NCBI RefSeq assembly: GCF_009914755.1
Contig: NC_060935.1
Length of the DNA: 64,000 nucleotides
Origin: the human T2T-CHM13v2.0 reference genome, Homo sapiens
Reading direction: 5' to 3' (one strand)
Made by a program: the position numbers and the translations under genes. Under the pieces are notes generated by a model. The model was not told the DNA's origin. It searched no databases and was given only the letters and a program-made list of their open reading frames with translations. Positions 45,428 through 60,804 of the stretch are shown here, piece after piece (the stretch's first letter is position 1; each line of letters opens with the position of its first letter).

Positions 45428-45786
45428 TGATATGGTTTGGCTCTGTGTCCCCACCCATATGTCATCTTGACTTGTACTCCCATAATTCCGTTTTGTGGGA
45501 GGGACACAGTGGGAGATAATTGAATCATGGGGGCAGTTTCACCCATACTGTTCTTGTGGTTGTGAATAAGTCTCACAAGACCTGATGGTTTGATAAGGGG
45601 AAACTGTTTCGCTTGGCTTTCGTTCTCCCTCTTGCCACCACCATGTGAGACGTGCTGTTTGCCTTCCACCATGATTATGAGGCTTCCTCAGTCATGTGAA
45701 ACTGTAAGTCCAATAAACCTCTTTCTTTTGTAAATTGCCCAGTCTCAGGTATGTCTTTATCAGCAGCATGAAAACAGACTAATACA
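45428..45786 (+). mobile_element. THE1B-like solo LTR
   Basis: tgatatggtttggc...gactaataca with a perfect TSD ccaac. Confidence 0.93.
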
Positions 45787-48496
45787 CCAACTTTGCATTC
45801 CTGGGATAAAACTCACTTGATCATGATGTATTGTTGGATTTGACTTGTTAATACTTTTTGAAGGAATTTTGCATCTATGATTAGGAGGATATTGGTATGA
45901 ATTTTCTTTTCTAGTAATGTCTTTATAATGCTAGTCTCATCATGTGAGGGGGAAGTTTTCCTGTTTTCTCTATTTTCTAAAAGGTTTGTGTACAACTGAT
46001 ATTATTTCTCATGAAAGGTTGATAAAATTCAACAATGAGATCATTTGGTCTTGGAATTTTGTTTTTTGAAAAGTTTTTAATTATAAATTTGATTTATTTA
46101 ATACATAGAGAGATTTTGAGATATAAATTTTCTTCTGTCTCAGTTTTGGTAATTTATGTTGTATTAGAGTTCTATATCTAGAAGGACAAGATTAATAGGA
46201 TAGGTGTATATATGAAAGGGAGTTTAATGTCTATCAAAGATAATATATATAATGTCTATTAAAGGATAATATATATAATTTTAAATATAATCAATTAAGA
46301 TAAATACATGAAAGGGAGTTTAATGTCTACATTAAACAACTCTCCACAGCTGGAGAATGAGTGACCTGATATATTTGGTTATTTATTTCTAATTTAATTC
46401 TTTTGCAGCCAGGAAACATACTTAAAATAATTTTAATCCTTTTAAATGTACTGGGAATGGCTCAATAAGCAGCAAAGGGTCTATAAAAGTGAATGTACCA
46501 GGTACATTTAAAATAATTTCTTTGTGCATACCCAAATTTGTTTCTGGTATCATTTTCTTCCAGTGAAAAATATCCTTTAATATTTCTTATAGTTTAGGTC
46601 TGCTGGACACATGTGCTTCATATTCTGTTTGCCTGAGAATGCTTTTATTTCGAAGATTTTTTTTAAAGATATTTTCATGTAATATAAAATAATAAGATAA
46701 CCAGTTTTTTCTTTCAGCGCTTTAAACATATTATCTCTCTCTACACTTTAAAGATATCTGCTATCTTCTGTCTTGCATTATTTCTAAAGAGAAGTTAGCT
46801 TTTATTCTTACATATGTATCCCTGTAATTAATGTGTTTCCTCCCCTCTGGTTGCTTTTAAGCTTTTCTATTTATCACTGCTTACAGCAATGTGATTTATG
46901 TCCTTAATCTGGTTATCTTTCTACCAGAGGTGCATTGAGCTTCTTAGATATGTGGGTTGTTTTCCATGAACCAAGAACTCAGGAAAAATTCTGGCCATTA
47001 TTACTTCAAATATTCACAGCCTTCTCAGTCTTTCTAGGGCTCCAATTATACGTCTATTAGACTCACTGATATCATCCCACAAGTTAATGACACTCAGTCC
47101 TTGCTTTCAGCCTTTTCCTTCTGCTTCTCTACACTGCAGTTTGGATAGCTTTATTGCCCTGTCTTGAAGTTCACGGATCTTTTCTTCTCTAATATCTAAC
47201 CTGCTGTTAAACCCAGGTTTTTTTTTTGTTTTTTGTTTTTTTTGCAGTTAAGATATTGTAATTTTTAGAACTAGAAGTTCCACTGGTTCTATTTTAAGTT
47301 TCCAGTTCTCTTCGCATTATATTCATGTTTTTTTTTAATACGTGAACATATTTATAATCACTGTTTAAATGTCTTTTTCTGTTAACTCTATTTTGGGGTC
47401 TGTTTCTATTGATCAACTTTTCTTCTGGATATAAATTATCTTTACTGGAATCTTCATGAATTTGTTTAACAAGCTCAACAAGACCTCTCCTCTCCAACTG
47501 GTCAAAATGCAAATGTCTCCTTACCCTGCACATACTCCCATACTTGTTTCCCTTTTACATCCTAATTAGCTGTTCTTTTCCTGGCAGTTGTTTGTGTCAG
47601 ACCTTGTGGAGTTCACCCTATGCATAAGCAACTTAATAGTCAGCCAAAGACATGAGGGGATGCTTACACAAAATTTGAGAACTATTCTACAAATAGCTCC
47701 CTCTTATGGTATTGCCCTGCAAATTTCAGCTACCTAGAACTTTGATGTCTTTCTCTTCAGTTTATGGGAAACACTGTGCTTTTCTCAGATTCTCTCTTCT
47801 CTCTCTCTCACTCTTTCCCTCCCTCTCTCTCTCTCTCTCTCTCTACTACGATCCATAAATTGCCTCCAGGTACAAAGACATAGTGAACTTTAGGACTCAC
47901 TTCAACTTTTCCCCTTCTCTTAGGCATTACAGCTGATGCTTCCTGTTGTCTAATACCTAAAAATTGTTGTCACATATTTTGTCCAGTTTTTCAGTTGTAT
48001 AGAATGGAATGGCCAGTCTGATACTAATTACTCCAAGTAGGAAATAATGGTTATGTTAAATTATTTTTAAGACAGGACACATTAGGAATTAAAATTTAAG
48101 AAAAAGTAATATTAAGAGAAGTTTTGAATAATAAATAATATTGCTCTTAAACATCAGAAAATGGGTTATAGTACTAGCTATTTCACTTGATCCACTTTGG
48201 ATATGGCAGTCAGCTTGTCTAAGTTTCAGTTTTTTGAGTAGCTTGACTAGAAGACTTCATAAAATCCTGTGATTCTAATGTCCAGAAACTCGATAAAGTT
48301 CATCAAAGATTCTTTAATGGTAAGGTATGCATGGACACTAATCTAATAAATGCTTCAAGGTAACCATTATTGTTATATGTTCTTAACAATTAAAATATGT
48401 TAAAATATAAAATGTACATATAAAAACTATAAAATAATTTTAATAAAAAACACAGAAATACATTTTAACTTTCAAATTTAATATCATGTTTATGTC

Positions 48497-48793
<297 letters not shown>

Positions 48794-49945
48794 TAATGTC
48801 TTAACTGCTCCTAAATAATATTAAGGACTATCCTTAACTACCATCAGTAAAGTAAATGAATCTTTAGACTGATAATTCTCATTTGTTTTTATTTCCATTA
48901 AATACATTCTTTTTTCTTTTTGCTTTTTTTAGAATTTCATTTTTAAAAAAATTCTGACTATAAATAATTACTTATAATATTCTAAAATAACTCAATTATA
49001 TATAGAAATTCACATTAAATAATGAAAAGGCAACTGGCTATTCACAGAATCTTAAGAATAAACCATATTATCAAATTCCATATTTTTAAAACTCTTCTTT
49101 TGTGTTTTTAATCAGATATTAATCTCTGATTTAAAAAACTAGCCTAATTTTTAAATAACAAGTAATATCAATGGACTTTTCTTCATATTTCATAAAAAGC
49201 TCTTTAAAGAAGTTCCAACATACTAATTATGCATGACCTCCTCTGTCGGAATCCATGTTGAGCATCCTTAATCAAATTTTGCTACCCCAGGTTCTCCTTT
49301 TTGAATCTCTTAAGATACTCTCTAAATTATTTTACCCACACTATTGGGAAAATCTCTGCTGCCATAGTTACTAATTTATGTGTGAACATTCTGCAATCGT
49401 ACCATTATATTGTGTTATTTCAATTGAATTGGGCCTTTCTTAAGCTTGAAAATTTTCTTAATTTTTTGTTTAAGCTTATTAAGTTTTTTTATTAATAAAT
49501 GGTAAACATCATAGAAATATATATTTCTCATGGCTTAAAGGCATCTGATAAAGTCTATTGCTTTTTTATACCTTGACATCCATATAGGAGTAATTCCCTC
49601 AATACTTACATGTTTTTTCAGTAATAACAGGAAAAAGTAATTACAATGAAATATGCTCACATATAAATATAAAGGGAGTATTTTTTTCCTAAGCCAGACT
49701 TGCTACACATAACCACTCTTTTTCTGCCAACTTGTAGATGTTTTCTATTTCCCGATTTCTGAACTCCCTACACTCATTCTAATCTAACAACTAGCTATCT
49801 AACTTCCCCCAACCTCTTTTATTCTGTCTCACACGTTATTTTTTTCTCTTAAACTACATGAGAAGTACAGGAGAACAAGCAAAAAGGAACTCTATGAAGA
49901 TTTCCATCATATAGTAAGTTTGAAGTTTTAGAACACTGGAATAAG

Positions 49946-50134
49946 AATTCTCAAACTTTAGAGTGGCTGGGAATCATCTGGAGACATTTGTTGAAATTCA
50001 GATTCCCAGGGCCCACACTCAAGAATTCTTAACTCAATAGGCTTTAAGTGGGGCCTAGGAGTCTGATTTTTTAACAGAAAGGCCAGACGATTCTGATGCA
50101 AGTGTTCTGTGGACCACACTTTGAAAAAAACTGT
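49946..50134. mobile_element. MER5A hAT-Charlie element
   Basis: ttctcaaacttt...gaatcatctgga...cagattcccagggccc...gattctgatgc...gaccacactttga. Confidence 0.8.
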
Positions 50135-50399
50135 GGTCCTTTTGCCTACAGTAAGTATATGACGCCTCCAGGTAACGGAGGAAAAGTATTCTGTTCTCTT
50201 TGAAGTAAGTTAACATTATATTATTCATAGCATATATATATGTCATAATATATAACACTATATTATTATATAGCACAAATTATGCTGCATAAACCCCAAG
50301 AAATTGGGCAAAACAATCGGGATAGGAAGAAAATATTAGAATTATTCATTTTTATCTATAAAAATCAATAATTATGAATCAATTATTATTAATATTAAA

Positions 50400-51930
50400 A
50401 GATTGACACAACATATTTTCCAAAAAAGAGAACCAGAAAGGTGGGAAGATAATTAAGTGGTAAATGATTTAGCAGACCAGAAAAGTCAAAACTTAAACTA
50501 GTAAAAGTAAATTTTACTTGTATTGCAGTACCCCAAAAAGGCTCATAAATTTGAGATATCAGGTACCTCTAAAAGTTGGGCTGAAAACAGGTTGACTATA
50601 TAGAAAACAGATAAACATCCAGAACCCTTCCCACATCAACCAGTCAGGCAACTATACTTTTGCTATCAGAAGAGTAGACATGAGATTTGCTCTCTGGAGA
50701 GACTAAACCTCTTACTGAAAAGAGGACAATTAAATGAAAATCTACATATTGAAAGTGAAACTCTTAGCCCCCTTCTCCACTTGGCTAGTACATTGCTCAA
50801 ATTGGTAGACTTTATGTGGTGAAATTGATTAACTCCAGAGAAAAGACACTGATAATTAGGAACCCAACCCCAGTGAAAAATCCTAGTCAAAACACTCTCC
50901 GGTGAAATCCATCTGTCAATAACACAAACCTATGCTCACAACTTTTCAACCAACTTTTTAGTTCTTCACTTTTAAATATTGATGGAGGAGTAACTCATAT
51001 TTAAAATAAGTCTGTAACATTAAAGATCAAAATCAAATAAAACAAAAGCAATGCCCCCACCCTGCAAAACAAAACAAAACAAACAAACAAACAAAAAAAA
51101 ACAAGTACTCAGAGAAAACACAGACTGTACAAGGAGAAGCAAAATATTCATTGGGTTGAGAGGCAAAGATAAGCAAATCTCCCAGATAAGAAAATTAGAA
51201 GTTCAGTTCGTAAGATCCAACATATAAAAGTAGGAGTTCCATAAAATAATAACAGAAAACCTACAGTAAAAGGATATTGTCAGAAATATATACAGTTTAA
51301 CAAAACATCTCAAAAGAAAAGGATGACACTTTTCAAACTGAAAAGACATCCTGAGTATCCAGCACATCTTGAAAAAAAATTTGAACACTGTCAATAAAGA
51401 GATGGTTCTAAATGTTTTCATCCTTTGTGTCACCTACAAAGGACGATGAATCAGTCTGATATCAGACTTCTCAACAGCAACACTAGCAACAAAAATCAAT
51501 GGAGCAATACTATTAATATTTGAAAGAAAAAATATTTCCCAAGATTTGAAAATATTCACCATCTGTGTTCTCTTTTTTGGGAAGCCACTGAAATATGCAC
51601 ACAGCAGAATACAGGAGGTACAGGAAAACTAGGGAATCAGGGAAAAGAAATCCAACAAAGGAGAGAGAGAACGATAACTCCCAGGTTGATAGTGAAGAGA
51701 GATCCCAGGATAGAGATCATAGAAAACAGCCAGTTCAAAAGGGAGCAAGAGGACAGCGTTTTTTTTTTTTTTATTGTTACATTCATTTCATTATCTTTTT
51801 CATCATTTTCTTCACCACTGTAATTTCCTGCTATTGGTGATAGTAGCAAACCAAGCAAAAAACCAAATAAGTAAGATATAATTATTAACTACTGGGAAAA
51901 AATTAAACATTTTTCATAAAAGAAATGCTA
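50400..51930 (+). mobile_element. Highly decayed L1ME-type 5'/ORF1 fragments
   Basis: A-rich sequence with the motif aatcagtctgatatcagacttctcaacagcaacactag typical of old L1 ORF1. Boundaries uncertain. Confidence 0.5.
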
Positions 51931-53544
51931 TCTTGAATAATAAAATAATCCACACAGCCATCAATTATCTGAAAATGAATCCAAGATGTAATTGGAAGAG
52001 AATAAAACTTATCCACCATGATGCTAATCTCAAAGTTGTGTATCCATATCAGCTATATTTCATTTCCCATTAATTTGGCATCTTATGCCCACAAATTTTT
52101 CTTAATACCTTTTTCAACCCATGGATGTGTATGTTTAGCCTATATCTTACAGTAGCACATGCTGTGTGATTACTGAAGCCATATCAAGTAATTCTAAAAT
52201 CATCAGATTTAAATCGCAAAGAGATGTGCTATAATTCCGGTATTCCAGAGTTTAGTAAAGGAATATATCATTTTGGCCCTCATTTCAAACTTCTTAATTA
52301 CTTCCTAAAGTAAATAAATGGATTTCCTTTTGATGTTCTACTTATAATTAAAATAGAGTCATTTCCCCTTGGCTCTATTCTGTGCTCAGAGAGGACTTTT
52401 ATGCTTTAACTACCTTATTGTACCACCCATTCTCAATAAATCTCTTCTTATCTCATTGCAATAACCTTCACCATATTAGAATCCTTTACATTCTACTTCA
52501 GTTTTACATTACTTAGTAGTAATTGAGAAATAGTTAACATTCCTAATATTTTATCATAAAAGAGAAAATAATTTGTTTTTTTCTTAAGACTATGCCACTT
52601 ACTTATTTCTATTACTGATTTGGTATTTAATATATAAATAGAGCATGATCCTATGATTATCAACAACACTTTCAAAATTTAAATTTTATTTACAAAATAA
52701 TTAGCAAGCCTTATTTTTCCCTTCTAAAAAGTTCTTATTGACACCCAAGATCAGCATTTTGTTGCCTCTTCTCCTTTACCTCATTCTTAAATGTGATACT
52801 GAGGCAAATATTTACAAATACATTTGTTACTAAATCATGTTCTATCATGAGTTCTATCATGAATTTGTGAAAATTCTTTAAATATTTTCTACAAATCATA
52901 AAAGAAAAAAGTAAGCTAAAGACTTCATTGATCATCCAGTTTTAAATAAATTCCTTTCTAGAGACAAAAAGCAAAATAGCAGTGACATTTTTATTTATAC
53001 TCAACATTTCATCTAAGAACATATAATCTGTAAGAGTGACTATTACTCCAATTTTACCACTAAGGCATGGAATTACGAGATTGAACTGAAGTGAACTCAA
53101 GAGGTTATCTAACATAGCTTCTGTCTCCAAGAATGACTGCATTTTAACAGTCCAAGAGATACGTTCATCTTCTCTATTTTTCAAAATGGCCAGGGAAGAT
53201 GTTATAACTTGCCTTAGCAATTTGCTCTGCTGTGTAATATCCCTTAATATCATAATCAAAATCTTCAGATAAGAAGGAAATAAAACTCAGGTTTCCCAGC
53301 TCCTTGGTAAATGCTCTTAACCAGTTGTGGTTGTAAAACCACCACAAAAATAAATAAATGAAGAAGTAGATATTTTGATTAAAATTCTAGTATCTAGTCA
53401 ACTATTCACCTGTTTCAAGCAACATTCAATTCGAAATAGTATAGTATAACAAAATTATCTTGATTTCATAATAAAAATTTTCCATTAGAAAGAAAACTAA
53501 TTTCTGTTAGGTGCATATTATGAGTCTCAAAAATGAGACTAGAA

Positions 53545-53745
53545 AACATTTAATGAGAACTTTCTGGGTGCCAGGCATTGTCCTCGATGCATAGTATCAC
53601 ATTAAATCCTCACAGCAACTCTATGAAGTAGGCACTACTGTTATCTCTGTTTTTTTAGATGAAGAAACTGAGGCTCAGGGAAACAAAGGTTTCCAAGGCC
53701 TCATAGCTAGTGAATGGTGAAGCCAAGATTCAAGCCTAGGCGTTT
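53545..53745 (-). mobile_element. MIR
   Basis: aatcctcacagcaactctatgaagtagg...agatgaagaaactgaggctcag. Confidence 0.8.
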
Positions 53746-54498
53746 GGTTATGTTTTACTGTCTCTCATACATTCTTAACACATTTGTTACTATATTATTA
53801 TTAGGTTGCTTTTAAATTGGTTGAAAAATCCTTATCTGTAAAAAAATGTATGTGTGTTTCAAATTCCCATTAGCTCCTCGGTATTTTTTAATATCAAAGA
53901 TGTTTTAGAAAGTACAAGCACCTTCTAAGAAACACGCATTTGTATGACAAGTAATACTTTAAATTCTGTTTTTTAAAGTTTGCTTGTTTCATGATTTTTC
54001 TTAGGCCCCTTAGATATGTTTTTAAAAACTTATATGAATACTTTGAAACTGCATTTTAGTGATTTGGGGCTTTGCTAATTCTTTAGAGGAGCAAGGATGC
54101 TTTTAGGTCTTACCACTATTCTAAATGAAAAGAGGCAGATTTGAGACTGGAAGCTAGCTTAGACTGGCTTCAATCTAAATAGCTTATAAAATATTGTAAC
54201 TAATTAGAATGTTTAGAATGTTTTCTCTAGTAGAAACATAACATTTTAACTAGGTAAATGGCTAACTATGTTAGCCAAATAATTTCCTGAAATATTGTTG
54301 CTTTGCTAAGGTAATTTATGGTATTAGTGCAATAAGCAGACTTATAAACAGGTTTATACAGAATTTTTTAGTTCTATATAATGTCTTGTTAATATTTCTA
54401 TTTGTTGGCATCGATATTTAGAAGAAGAAAACAACACATTTCAACAGCCACAAAACTTTGAAATTAAATTCATAGTTCAATATTTAATTAAAAATTAC

Positions 54499-54704
54499 CT
54501 TTTTCATTGTTTCTTTTCCCACTGTAATCTCATGCCCATCCTGCCCCATGCCATTCTTAAAGAACAGAATTCGGACTGAGGTCCTCTCAGTAAGTTTCTT
54601 CATTCTAATAGAAAGAACAGGCTTGGTTTTCCGTCTTTTGATATCAGTAGGAAGCATCAACCCATTCATTGTCCAAGTTACTTTCTTAATTAACAACAGA
54701 TGGT
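54499..54704 (-). CDS. DCDC1: DCDC1 internal coding exon (206 nt): (D)HLLLIKKVTWTMNGLMLPTDIKRRKTKPVLSIRMKKLTERTSVRILFFKNGMGQDGHEITVGKETMKK
   Basis: Acceptor ttatcttctag|ACCAT and donor AAAAAG|gtaatt. Length is 2+68x3 nt with no stop. The peptide matches recalled human DCDC1, and its phase-0 end joins the 94-nt exon in frame. Confidence 0.93.
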
Positions 54705-56121
54705 CTAGAAGATAATTTTTTAAGTCAAGTCAATATTTGGCTTCAAAATTAAAAATGGACACATCATACTTCCCTCCCTCTATTACCTGTGTATTATACA
54801 CTGGCCAGTCTCCATTTAGATGCTGGTTTTCTGAAATGCTACCACCAGTTTCTTACTAACTGTGACATAAGCTGTAGCAAGCTGTCTGCTCTGATAGCCT
54901 GCATAAATCATCATTTCTGAAGGGAACAGATGTTCAGGGTATGAAAGAGTAATACCACAATTTAGTCCTAATTAAAATTCACCTTAGCCTGCCTCTATTA
55001 CTGATTAAACGCACCCAGCTGAAAGGGTCTATTGAAAATATCCAGTGTCCTTTGCTTACTATAAAACAACATAGGTCTTGAACTTTTATGTTCTTTAGGG
55101 TTGGGAAACATTTCTCTTCTCTTTAATATGATTTCTTATCTATGTTGCTTTAAAGATGCTGACCTCCAAATAGTAACATTATACTGTAATTCTTCTCCTG
55201 TCACTAGAAGGAAGGTGCCTTCTAGGACATCCTCGGTGAGAGATTTAAACTATTTCACTGAAAATGAAAAACAGTTTTTCATTAACAGTTTACTTTGACC
55301 TATACATTTTCAAAGCTGTGTGCAGAAATTTAAGTTTTAAAACTCCCACTAATATAAACAGGAGTGCAACTAAATTACTATGTATGACTTCGAAAATGTA
55401 AGGGTAAGAAGAGGAGTGCAGTATATTGCATACTAAGTTGCCATCAGCATTCTTCTCTTTTCAAGAGGTTTTGTTTCACAAATAAATAATTTGCACCTGA
55501 GCTATTTATTTGTGCATTCAATTTATTTTAATCATATTTTCTTCTTACATAAATTACAAAAATACAATGATCCCTCCCTCATCTGCTCTTATTTGTTCTG
55601 AGAGAAACATAATTTTATTTATAGATAACTGAAAATAGCTGCATTTATTGCTATTTTGCATTGAAATTTGCCCAGATTTTCAAATGATCTTTCTCTGTTA
55701 GCACTCACCTTGAAAGAAGCTTGGCCTCTTTGACCTAGAAATGTTACTTTACATAAAATCTGCTAATATTGATATGAAAAACAAGCCAGTGGTTGTAATA
55801 ACCTTCGAGTCTCACAATGGCTATATTAAATGTTCAACAACAACAACAACAAGAAAAATCCTCTATTCTTACCCCCCTTTCACTCTCTGTTACCCACACA
55901 CATACACACATATAAAAACACATATACCGTGGCAGATAGATAAACAAAACTTGCAGATTAAATTAAAACTAGATTATAAGACTATAGACATAAGTCTTCA
56001 AAAAGAGAAAAAACATTTTAACAGCAATTTGTTACTCTGTTTTCATTTTGTAAACTGAAATTAATAGGAATTAGAAATTATAATAGAAAAATAAGCTATA
56101 AGTTAATGAGTTCATAAATAG

Positions 56122-56646
56122 CCAAAAGAATTGAAAACAGATACTCAAGTAAGTACATGAACACACATGTTCATAGCAGCACTATTTACAATAGCCAACA
56201 TGTGGTAACCAAATGTCCATCAATAGATGAATGGATAAACAAATGATAGTACAATGTATAACACAGATGGAATATCATTCAGCCATAAAAAAGAATGAAG
56301 TACTGATACTTGCTAAAAAATGGACAAACCTCAAAAACATGCTAAATGAAAGAAGCCAGACATAAAAAAGGTGACATATTGTATGATTCCATTTACATGA
56401 AATATCAGAATAGGTACATCTATAAAAACAGAACATATACTGATGGTTGCCAGCAGCAGGGAGGAGAGGGGATTGAAGAGAAGCTTAATGGGTAAGGGGT
56501 TTTATTTTGAAATGATGGAAATATTTTGGAACTAGATAGAGATGTTAGTTACACAACAGTGTGAATGTACTAAATGCTACTAAATTGCTCACTTTAAAAT
56601 TATTAATTTTGCATTATGTGACCTCAATAAATAAAGAAGAAAAAAA
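56122..56646 (+). mobile_element. L1MB 3' end
   Basis: atgttcatagcagcactatttacaatagcc...aatgtccatcaatagatgaatggataaac...ctcaataaa. Confidence 0.88.
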
Positions 56647-57294
56647 GAAGAGGAGGAGGTCCATAGGTGCTGATCATTGTCAGACAGTATTTCTCTGGGA
56701 AAAAAAAAATCTCTCACAGGGGAAAAAAAAATATGAATGAATTATTGTAGTGTAATGGGAGTTTACCCACAATCTGGATGCCCCTAGATGCTTTGCATGG
56801 TGAAAGGGTATTAACTCTACCTTCAAACTACGTTTGAACCCTAGCTCTGTTTCTTAGTGACACTAGATGCACTATACCTCCCTGAATTTCAGATTTCTCA
56901 TTAAAAATTATCTAGTGAGCATCACTCCACTACGTGACAGGGATTAAATATCTTATATGTAAAATTACCTAACATATCGAAGTCATTCCATAAATGCTAG
57001 CTTCTTCCCTCACCTCCCTGAAGTTCTATTGCTTATTATGGAGCATTGGAGTATATTAATTGTTACATCAGTCAGGGTCCAATCAGGAATACAGAATCTA
57101 CTCAGAGTATTTGAGCAGAGGAAACTGACTGCAGGGAATTGGTTATGTAAGTGACAGAAAAGGCTGAGAAGCAACCGAAGGACAGTTAGGCCACCCAGAA
57201 ATTAGAAAGAGCAAGAAACCACTCCCACTAAGGCCAGAGGGAGGAGATGTTACAGGCACCAAGATTTAGAGAATCTTACCAATAAAGGGTTTTC

Positions 57295-57443
57295 CAAGGC
57301 CAGGACTAGGGTGAGGGGAGTGAAGGCCAATGAGGCAAAATTTAAGGAAGCTGTGCAGGGCCCTCACAGAACCCTCAGAGCGAATGCCTCCTCAAATTGT
57401 GTCCCAGTGATACTTCACTCACCCAACTGTAGTCCCAGCCCTG
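57295..57443. mobile_element. MER96-like palindromic hAT MITE
   Basis: caaggccaggactagggtgagg ... gtagtcccagccctg termini with internal self-complementarity. Confidence 0.7.
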
Positions 57444-57529
57444 GCTGAAACTGTCTCTTTCACATGCAGAACTCCTTAAATTCCATGAAAAACAGTACTA
57501 TAGCCAGACTCCATTTATGTGATTTATAG

Positions 57530-57720
57530 ATACTACCTTATTTATCTCTCTCAACAACTTTATGAGATAGGTAATATTATTATCCTTATTTACAGTTGAG
57601 AAAACTGAGGCACAGAGGCATTAACTTGCCCAAGATCATACAACTGGTATGTGGTGGCACTGGGACATGAATTTAGTTCAAGAAGCTGTGCTCCTAATCA
57701 CTGCACTCTTTTGCCACTAC
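57530..57720 (-). mobile_element. MIR
   Basis: ttacagttgagaaaactgaggcacagagg..aacttgcccaagatca. Confidence 0.75.
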
Positions 57721-58151
57721 CATATATCTCAAATTCAATGTCTAAAGCAAAATTTCATATCTTTCTGCACAAACTGTCTCACCCTTCACAGTTCTTATTT
57801 CTGTCAGTGTTTCCACTTCTTTTACAGTTATCCACTCTCTCGGCGAGACCTTGAACCCATACTGCTTAATCATTTCTCTCCAACTAATTGCTTATTCATT
57901 CAACAATATTTACTGGGTGTCCACACATCAAGGCACCAGGGCGACAACTGTAAGGAGGACAGAGCTGCTTGTGCAGTTCACAGGCTCTGGCAGAGAAACT
58001 GACAGTGTAAGGTCTCTTTGAACAGAGAGGCCTATGAGATGAGAAGTTAGTTGTGAAAATCTGGGGGAAAGGTATTCCAAGCAGAGTGAAAACCAAGCAC
58101 AGAGACTCGAAATGAGGATAGGCCTGGCATGTTCAAGAAAGAAAAACAGAA

Positions 58152-58721
<570 letters not shown>

Positions 58722-58845
58722 TTAAAGCCAAAGAGGCAGAAAAGGGGCCACATTGTTCAGATCAAGATAAAGGATTTGGATTTTATTCCGGATGTGATGG
58801 GAAGCTGTTAGAAGATTCTCAGCAGGGTGCTATGTGAAGAAAGTA

Positions 58846-59172
58846 CAGTTGTCCCTGGGTATCCATGGAGGCTTGGTTTCAAGACCCCTGGGATACCAAA
58901 ATCTGTAGATGCTCAAGTCCGTTATATAAAATGTAGTAGTATTTGTATATAACCTACACACATCCCCCTGTGTACTTTAAATCATCTCTAGATTATTTAT
59001 AATGCCTAATACAATGTGAATGCTAAGTAAATAGTTGTTATACTGTATTTTTGTTTGTATTATTTTTTATTATTCTATTGTTATTTTTTATAGCTCTTTT
59101 TTTCTGAGTATTTTTGATCCATAGTTGGTTGAACCCACAGATGCAGAACCCGTGGATACAGAGGGTCGACTA
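58846..59172 (+). mobile_element. MER2 (TcMar-Tigger) MITE
   Basis: TA|cagttgtccctgggtatcc ... ggatacagagggtcgacta|TA. Confidence 0.88.
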
Positions 59173-59182
59173 TAGTGCATAG

Positions 59183-59635
59183 TGTAGTAGACACTGTTGG
59201 TGCCCCCCCAAGGTGCCTTTTAGCAGGCTAGTGCACCCAAACTCCAGCTGCTTTGAGTCCTGGCTATGACCATTGCACAGCTGCACCCTTCTGAGAATTG
59301 CCTTTGACTGAAAGAAACCTAGTCAGGAAATGCCTATGAGGTTGTGATCTCCTCCCTCTTACCTAGGGAGACAGCCGACAGCCAATGATTGACTGATTCT
59401 GGGGCATAGTAGCCAGTCCCCTTGCCTCAAAGGGGAGCAATTCTCTGGTGTCTTTCACATTTCAGACTGGGGGTAGATTTCCAGTGAACACATGTCTTGG
59501 CCATGCTTCTTCCTTTGCTCTAGGCTCCTTCTCTCACTCCCTTACATGGTTCAACTGAGAGTATTCCCTCAACAAGTCTCTTGCACTAAAATCCTCATCT
59601 CAGGTTCTGCTTCTAGGGAATCTGACCTGAGACGC
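59183..59635 (+). mobile_element. LTR16-like ERVL LTR
   Basis: tgtagtagacactgttggtgcc ... aatcctcatctcaggttctgcttctagggaatctgacct. Confidence 0.7.
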
Positions 59636-59900
59636 GGTAAAGGAAGGGAGGGAGACCTCTCGGTTATTCATTCTTCACAGTAACTCTTCAAAGCATCATT
59701 TTTTTTCCATTTCCAACCAGACCCATTTGTCCATTTCTGTCTCTGCCTCCTAAAATCTGCAAGAACTTTCTAATTGTATATGATTCTCCTCCATCACATC
59801 TGACATTCTATACACCAATCACAACTGAGTTTTCCTAAGACATCAATTTTATCATTACCTAAAGAGAAAACTCTTGGAACTAGTTTTTGAAGTTTTCTCC

Positions 59901-59914
59901 TAGTCAGTCAGTCA

Positions 59915-59945
<31 letters not shown>
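59901..59945. repeat. (CAGT)n(CAGC)n tetranucleotide repeat at an L2 tail
   Basis: Directly visible; followed by L2-like caacaaatacttgttgag. Confidence 0.9.
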
Positions 59946-60245
59946 CATCAGGGGTCTGTCAGGCAGTCAACAAATACTTGTTGAGTGTATCCTATGTGCC
60001 AGATTCTGTGCAAGGAATATGAAAAAAGACACAAGTCCTTTTTCCTAACCTTATGTCTAACAGAAGAGTTTACAATCTGATGCCATTCAAACTTTCTGTT
60101 CTTGTCTTACCCTAGTTTGAAGCACTGTTTTACCTAAGCAAATCTGTTCATTATCCCTGTTCACTTTTAAACCCATACTTCACCTATTCAGACTCAAGTC
60201 CTTCTCAGGATCCAGTTTAAGATCTTCCCTTACTGCTCCATCAAC

Positions 60246-60804
60246 AACAGCATTTTGGTCAAAGCCATTCAACAAGTCTCTAGGACATTCCAAACTTTCC
60301 CACATCTTTCTGTCTTCTTCTGAGCCCTCCAAACTGTCCCAATCTCTGCCCATTACCTAGTTCCAAAGTTGCTTCATTTTTGGGTATCTTTACAGCAGCG
60401 CTCCACTACCTGGTACCAATTTACTGTATTAGTGCATTTTCACACCACTAATAAAGACATAGCCAAGACTGGGTAATTTATTTAAAAAGAGGTTTAATTG
60501 ACTTACAGTTCAGCATGAATAGGGGGGCCTCAGGAAACTTAGAATCATGGTGGAAGGAGAAGCAAACACATCCTCTTCACAGTGTGGAAAGAAGGAGAAG
60601 TGCAGAGCAAAGAGGCAAAAAGCCCCTTATAAAGCCATAAGATCTGGTGAGAACTCACTCACTATCATGAAAACAGCATGGGGGGGGACCACCCCCATGA
60701 TCTAATTACCTCCCACAAGGCGTCTCCCCCAACATGAGGGGATTATATTTCAGATTACAATTCAATATGAGATTTCCGTGGGGACACAGAGCCAGACCAT
60801 ATCA
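60246..60804 (-). mobile_element. Truncated THE1D-like element (internal fragment 60246-60424 plus LTR 60425-60804)
   Basis: The internal piece is homologous to about 37400-37579 of this window; LTR runs tgtattag...ccatatca. Confidence 0.88.

Larger units (their letters stand above)
40808..48030 (-). mobile_element. Old fragmented L1M element hosting nested insertions (L1MA, CYCS pseudogene, THE1B, MLT2A piece)
   Basis: T-rich antisense L1 3' UTR/ORF2 similarity resumes on both sides of each insertion. Boundaries are approximate. Confidence 0.75.
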
